DNA from: an uncultured Acidobacteriota bacterium
Lineage (GTDB): Bacteria > Acidobacteriota > UBA6911 > RPQK01 > JAPXNP01
NCBI GenBank assembly: GCA_963777605.1
Contig: CAVZRV010000008.1
Coordinates: 449,761 to 513,760, forward strand
Reading direction: 5' to 3'
DNA length: 64,000 nt
Shown: positions 60,124 through 64,000 of the stretch, one piece after another
How positions within the stretch are numbered: position 1 is the first letter of the stretch
Layout: every line of letters begins with the position of its first letter
Position numbers and translations under genes: made by a program
The notes under the pieces: model-generated
Database searches by the model: none
What the model saw: the letters and a program-made list of their open reading frames with translations, nothing else
What the model was told of the DNA's origin: nothing

Positions 60124-62647
60124 ATGGAATATCATGCACAAAGCGTGGGCGAAACGCTAAGCGAGCTCGATACCTCTGAAGCTGGCCTAGCGCCATCCGA
60201 AGTAGCCGACCGCCGTATTGAATACGGCAGTAATCAAATTAGCGTTCACCGTGAACCGCTATGGCGTAAGCTTATCGAACCGTTTCGGTCTATTTTTATG
60301 GGCGTGCTACTGGTAGCTGCACTTGTGAGCTTGTGGCATCATGAGCCAATTGATGCCATTATCATCTTTGCAATCATTGGCTTTAACGCCATAATTTACT
60401 ACATACAACGCTTTTCAACCGAGCGAGTACTGCGAGCACTCGAAAAACACCGCCAAGTAATGGTGCGCGTGGTACGTGAAGAGCAAGAACTATTACTCGA
60501 CGCAATTGAACTCGTACCTGGCGACATAATTTTAGTTGAAGAGGGTGATAAGATTCCTGCCGATGCCCGGCTGATTCATGTAAAATCACTGCGAGTAAAT
60601 GAATCGCAGCTCACTGGGGAATCGCTGCCCGTCGATAAGCAAATTAATCCCGTTGCAGCGAATGCTAATGTATATGAACGTAGCAACTCAATTTATCAAG
60701 GTTCATTTGTAGTTGGTGGGCAAGCCAGGGCAGTTGTAACCGGCACTGGTAATGCAACCGAATTTGGCCGTATCGCCTCGCTCTCAAGTGGCACAAAGAG
60801 CGAAAGTCCCGTCCGGGCGCGTATCGATAAGTTAATTAGCCGTATTATTATGGCGATCGGTATCGGCGGTACAATTATTTTGTTACTCGCGCTTTCAAAA
60901 GGCATCGAGTTTAGCGAAGCAATCCGCTTTGTGATTGCACTGGCCGTCAGCGCCGTACCAGAGGGCCTGCCCGTCGCAATATCGGTAGTATTAGTATTCG
61001 CCATGCGCCGGATGGCGGCACGAAAAGCATTAGTGCGCTCGATGGATGCAATCGAGTCAATCGGGTCAGTCACCGCAATCGCCACCGACAAAACCGGCAC
61101 ATTAACGAAGAATATTTTAACCGTTCAAGATGTCTGGTCGCTGGATGGTTCAAAGCGAGCGCTCTTGCACTCGCTTGAACGCGCGACGTTGCCTGGCTAC
61201 ACCTCAAAAGTACCCGATCCACTTGATACAGCATTATTGGCATACCATGGTAACGAACCAAAAACAAAGCCCGTAGCGTACTTTACGTTCGAACACGCAT
61301 ACGCCATGAGCGGTAGCCTGTGGCATAATGGCGACCACTATAACCTTTACGTAAAGGGCTCACCTGAACGCATGGTCGACGCCAGTGATCTTACAGAAAA
61401 CGAGCGTGAAACAATTATGCACCAGCTACATCACCTAACGAGCCAAGGGTTCAGGGTGGTGGCGCTTGCTCATACAGAATTATCAAAACCAATTGAATCA
61501 TTGGGTGATTTACCAAAACATCCACGGCTCGAATTTGACGGGCTGATTGCGATTGCCGATATTTTACGCCCTGAAGCTCGTTCGGCAATCCGCACCGCGT
61601 TGAATGCCGGCGTGCAGGTGTATATGATTACTGGCGACCACGTTGAAACGGCGTATCATATTGGGAAAAACCTCGGCCTCGTCGAACGTCATACACAGGT
61701 GCTCGACTGTCGCATGCTCAGTACTATGAGCGACGAAGAGCTCGAAGAACATATTGATGTCGTCCGGGTCTTCGCCCGTGTGACGCCAGAACATAAACAC
61801 CGCCTGCTGACACTCCTAAAAACACAGCACATTACTGCCATGACGGGTGATGGTGTCAACGACGTGCCTGCGCTGACTAATGCGCACGTTGGCGTGGCGA
61901 TGGGGAGTGGTACACAAATTGCCAAAGATGCAGGTGACATAATTCTCCTCGACGATAACTTCCGCTCAATCATTCGCGCGGTCCATGAGGGAAGGGGTGT
62001 CTACGCCAATATTAAACGCATGGTAGCGTACCTACTAACCACCACCATTGCCAATGTCAGCGCTTCGGTTGCGGCGCTCTTGGTGGGCCTGCCATTGCCG
62101 TTTACCGCCGTACAAATTCTCTGGATTAACCTTGTCACCGACTCAATTATGGGTATCCCGCTGGGATTAGAGCGCGGCAGTAAGCGTATTATGCGTCGCA
62201 AGCCAGTACCCCCAAAAGCACCACTCTTAAGCAAATATATGATTTCGCGCGTCCTTGTACGGGCCTTGTGATGGCCGCTGTGGCACTTTGGATCTTCACC
62301 TACGCTTTACCACATAAACAGCGAAGAATATGGCCGTACGCTGGCGTTTGCTGCGCTCGTGGCCATGCAGTGGACAAGCGCACTCTGCTATCGCAGCGAC
62401 TACACGCCACTCTGGCAACGCATCCTTACGCCAAACCCCGCCTTCTATATTGGGCTTGTCATTGCCGTCGGGCTTGCAAGCCTTTGCGCTGTTTGGCCCG
62501 CTCGCGCCGTGGCTACATGTGCGTGACGTCGCGATTGGTGATTTAGCCTACGTACTTGGCATCGCACTAATCGTGCCCGTCATTACGATTGAACTTCATA
62601 AATTTGTTGGCCGACGCTTCTTCGATAAGGGCGATAAGCTCGCTTAG
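60124..62647 (+). CDS. Cation-transporting P-type ATPase (type II-like); C-terminal frameshifts
   Basis: LTGES, VPEGLP, DKTGTLT, MITGDH, TGDGVNDVPAL, QILWINL; TM frames continue to 62647. Confidence 0.9.
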
Positions 62648-63026
62648 CTAGACGGTTACGATACGATTCAAGAAGCCGAATGTCCGAGGCATCTTTTTTA
62701 CGGGCTAAGCGCCGCTTGGCAGTGATAATCCGGACAATACTGGCACACGGCAAGCCTTTTACTACCATTTGGTCGCGCTGCAGTCCATTTAATGACTGGC
62801 CGCCCCATGTATGCATAATATTGATTCCGCCACGCGATAACATCTTCTTGCCATTTACCTGCGTAAACTCTTGCCATAGTTGTTCATCACGGAAATGCGT
62901 ATAGACATTACTACTGACAACTAAATCAATTTCATGTGAGCTGCGCAGATTCAGTGGTCTTTCAACCGCACCGCCGACTACTACCATGCTCGTGTGCTCG
63001 ATACCAAGTGCTCGCACGCGCTTCAT
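62583..63026 (-). CDS. Nucleotidyltransferase-fold-like hypothetical domain, possibly fused to SulP
   Basis: VVVGGAV..LR..EIDLVV and ARKKDASDI. Confidence 0.55.
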   Translation of the reverse strand: MKRVRALGIEHTSMVVVGGAVERPLNLRSSHEIDLVVSSNVYTHFRDEQLWQEFTQVNGKKMLSRGGINIMHTWGGQSLNGLQRDQMVVKGLPCASIVRIITAKRRLARKKDASDIRLLESYRNRLAKRAYRPYRRSVGQQIYEVQS

Positions 63027-64000
63027 CTACGTTCTGCTTAGGTTCAAGATTGGCATGAATCGCTGCAGTAAGGGTAGAGTAGATGTTTTCTTCACCCACT
63101 AAATCAACAAGCCCATATTTCTTAAACTGAGCCTTCAAGCTTGGTGAGACATGAGCAAGCGACAATCGCACACCGTCGATACCGATCTGATGATACAGCT
63201 GCTTTAATATTTCTACGGCGGTGTAGTCGATTGTTTCAACCGCACCAACATCAATCACCAGGTATCGCACACTCGCACGCGAGCCATTAATGGCTTTACG
63301 CACACGCATTGCGAAGTAGTGTGCATTCTCAAAAAATAGCGAACCATCGAAACTGTACACCAAAATACCTTCAGGGTATCCGTGCTTCGGTGCCTCACCA
63401 AGTCGATCCTTCGCCCATTCGGACAGCTTGCCATCACGCAGCAGGATTTCGTCTTTTGGTTGATATTGGCGACTGAGGCGCTCCATCAACGAAATAACGA
63501 CGGCAATAATCACACCCTGGCTAACGCCAAAAAACAATGTACCAGTAAGGGCAATCATCGCAACAATAAATTCTAAACGGTGCCGGCTCATAATATAACG
63601 AAGTTCGCCAACACGAACCAGTTTCAGACCGATTACAAAAATAATTGCCGCTAACGCAGCTTCGGGTACATGGGTAAACAGGCTTGCACCGAACAGTAGC
63701 AGCGCACCAATCATAAGGCTCATAAATACGTTGACCATCTGCGAACGGCCGCCGGCGATGTCTGCCGCCACACTGCGTGGTGGGCTTCCATTCACCACAA
63801 AGCCGCGCGTAAGTGCAGACACAGCGTTAGCGAACCCAAGCGCACGCAAATCTTGATTAATCCAAACCGGTTCATCGTGTTCACCAGCTAAGCTACGAAT
63901 GACCGCAGAACTCTGCGCCAAAATAACAATTGCCAGCGAAAGCGATACCGGAAGAAGCGTAACGATCATATCAATGGTCACGGGCGGGAAAGTCAAGCTT
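62962..64000 (-). CDS. SulP family anion transporter with STAS domain (5' part outside window)
   Basis: NQDLRALGFAN, GGRSQM, VPEAALAAII, GSLFFENA, IDYTA. Confidence 0.92.
   Translation of the reverse strand, partial: SLTFPPVTIDMIVTLLPVSLSLAIVILAQSSAVIRSLAGEHDEPVWINQDLRALGFANAVSALTRGFVVNGSPPRSVAADIAGGRSQMVNVFMSLMIGALLLFGASLFTHVPEAALAAIIFVIGLKLVRVGELRYIMSRHRLEFIVAMIALTGTLFFGVSQGVIIAVVISLMERLSRQYQPKDEILLRDGKLSEWAKDRLGEAPKHGYPEGILVYSFDGSLFFENAHYFAMRVRKAINGSRASVRYLVIDVGAVETIDYTAVEILKQLYHQIGIDGVRLSLAHVSPSLKAQFKKYGLVDLVGEENIYSTLTAAIHANLEPKQNVDEARASTWYRAHEHGSSRRCG

Noticed and set aside
44711-62647. Frameshifts in rplL, dnaB, the dehydratase and the P-type ATPase (and TMTC-like gene at ~3375) as programmed frameshifting or pseudogenes
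   Set aside because: They hit essential genes, lack slippery-site/stimulator patterns and include a compensated pair; single-base assembly errors are the simpler explanation
20744-64000. Alternative genetic code (UGA recoding as in some CPR lineages)
   Set aside because: Conserved genes read through fully under code 11, and TGA ends genes such as recR

Overview
The window holds two unrelated genomes joined at about 20743/20744. Segment A (1-20743) is GC-rich and Acidobacteria-like. It carries a glycosylation cluster (epimerase, GT2/GT4 enzymes, a TMTC-like GT-C+TPR protein, a methyltransferase) and tRNA-Thr(TGT). A ~7.3 kb integrase-less signalling island follows, bounded by a degenerate repeat of the tRNA 3' end, then tRNA-Tyr/Gly/Thr-tuf-tRNA-Trp-secE-nusG-rplKAJL and what looks like the first ~11 codons of rpoB. 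Segment B (20744-64000) has lower GC and looks like Saccharibacteria (TM7, CPR). It has a second secE-nusG-rplK-rplA-rplJ-rplL set spread over ~20 kb, nucleotide-salvage genes, dnaX-dnaB, recR, cysS and transporters. The most interesting signals are in segment B: (1) a leaderless Ile-rich leader peptide with a complete terminator/antiterminator in front of a lone threonine dehydratase lacking its regulatory domain; (2) about a dozen stand-alone cassette genes (AT-rich near-consensus promoter, strong SD, GC-richer ORF, long bulged 3' hairpin), which contrast with leaderless native genes and include a thioester-domain adhesin and a degenerate macro domain; (3) two paralogous '...RLVS-stop' basic ORFs, each followed by a covarying C-bulged hairpin; (4) a 6S-like ncRNA candidate; (5) an HTH-Nudix regulator flanked by related palindromes. 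Many single-base frameshifts in essential genes indicate residual assembly errors. Taxonomic and functional calls come from sequence recognition only, not database searches.
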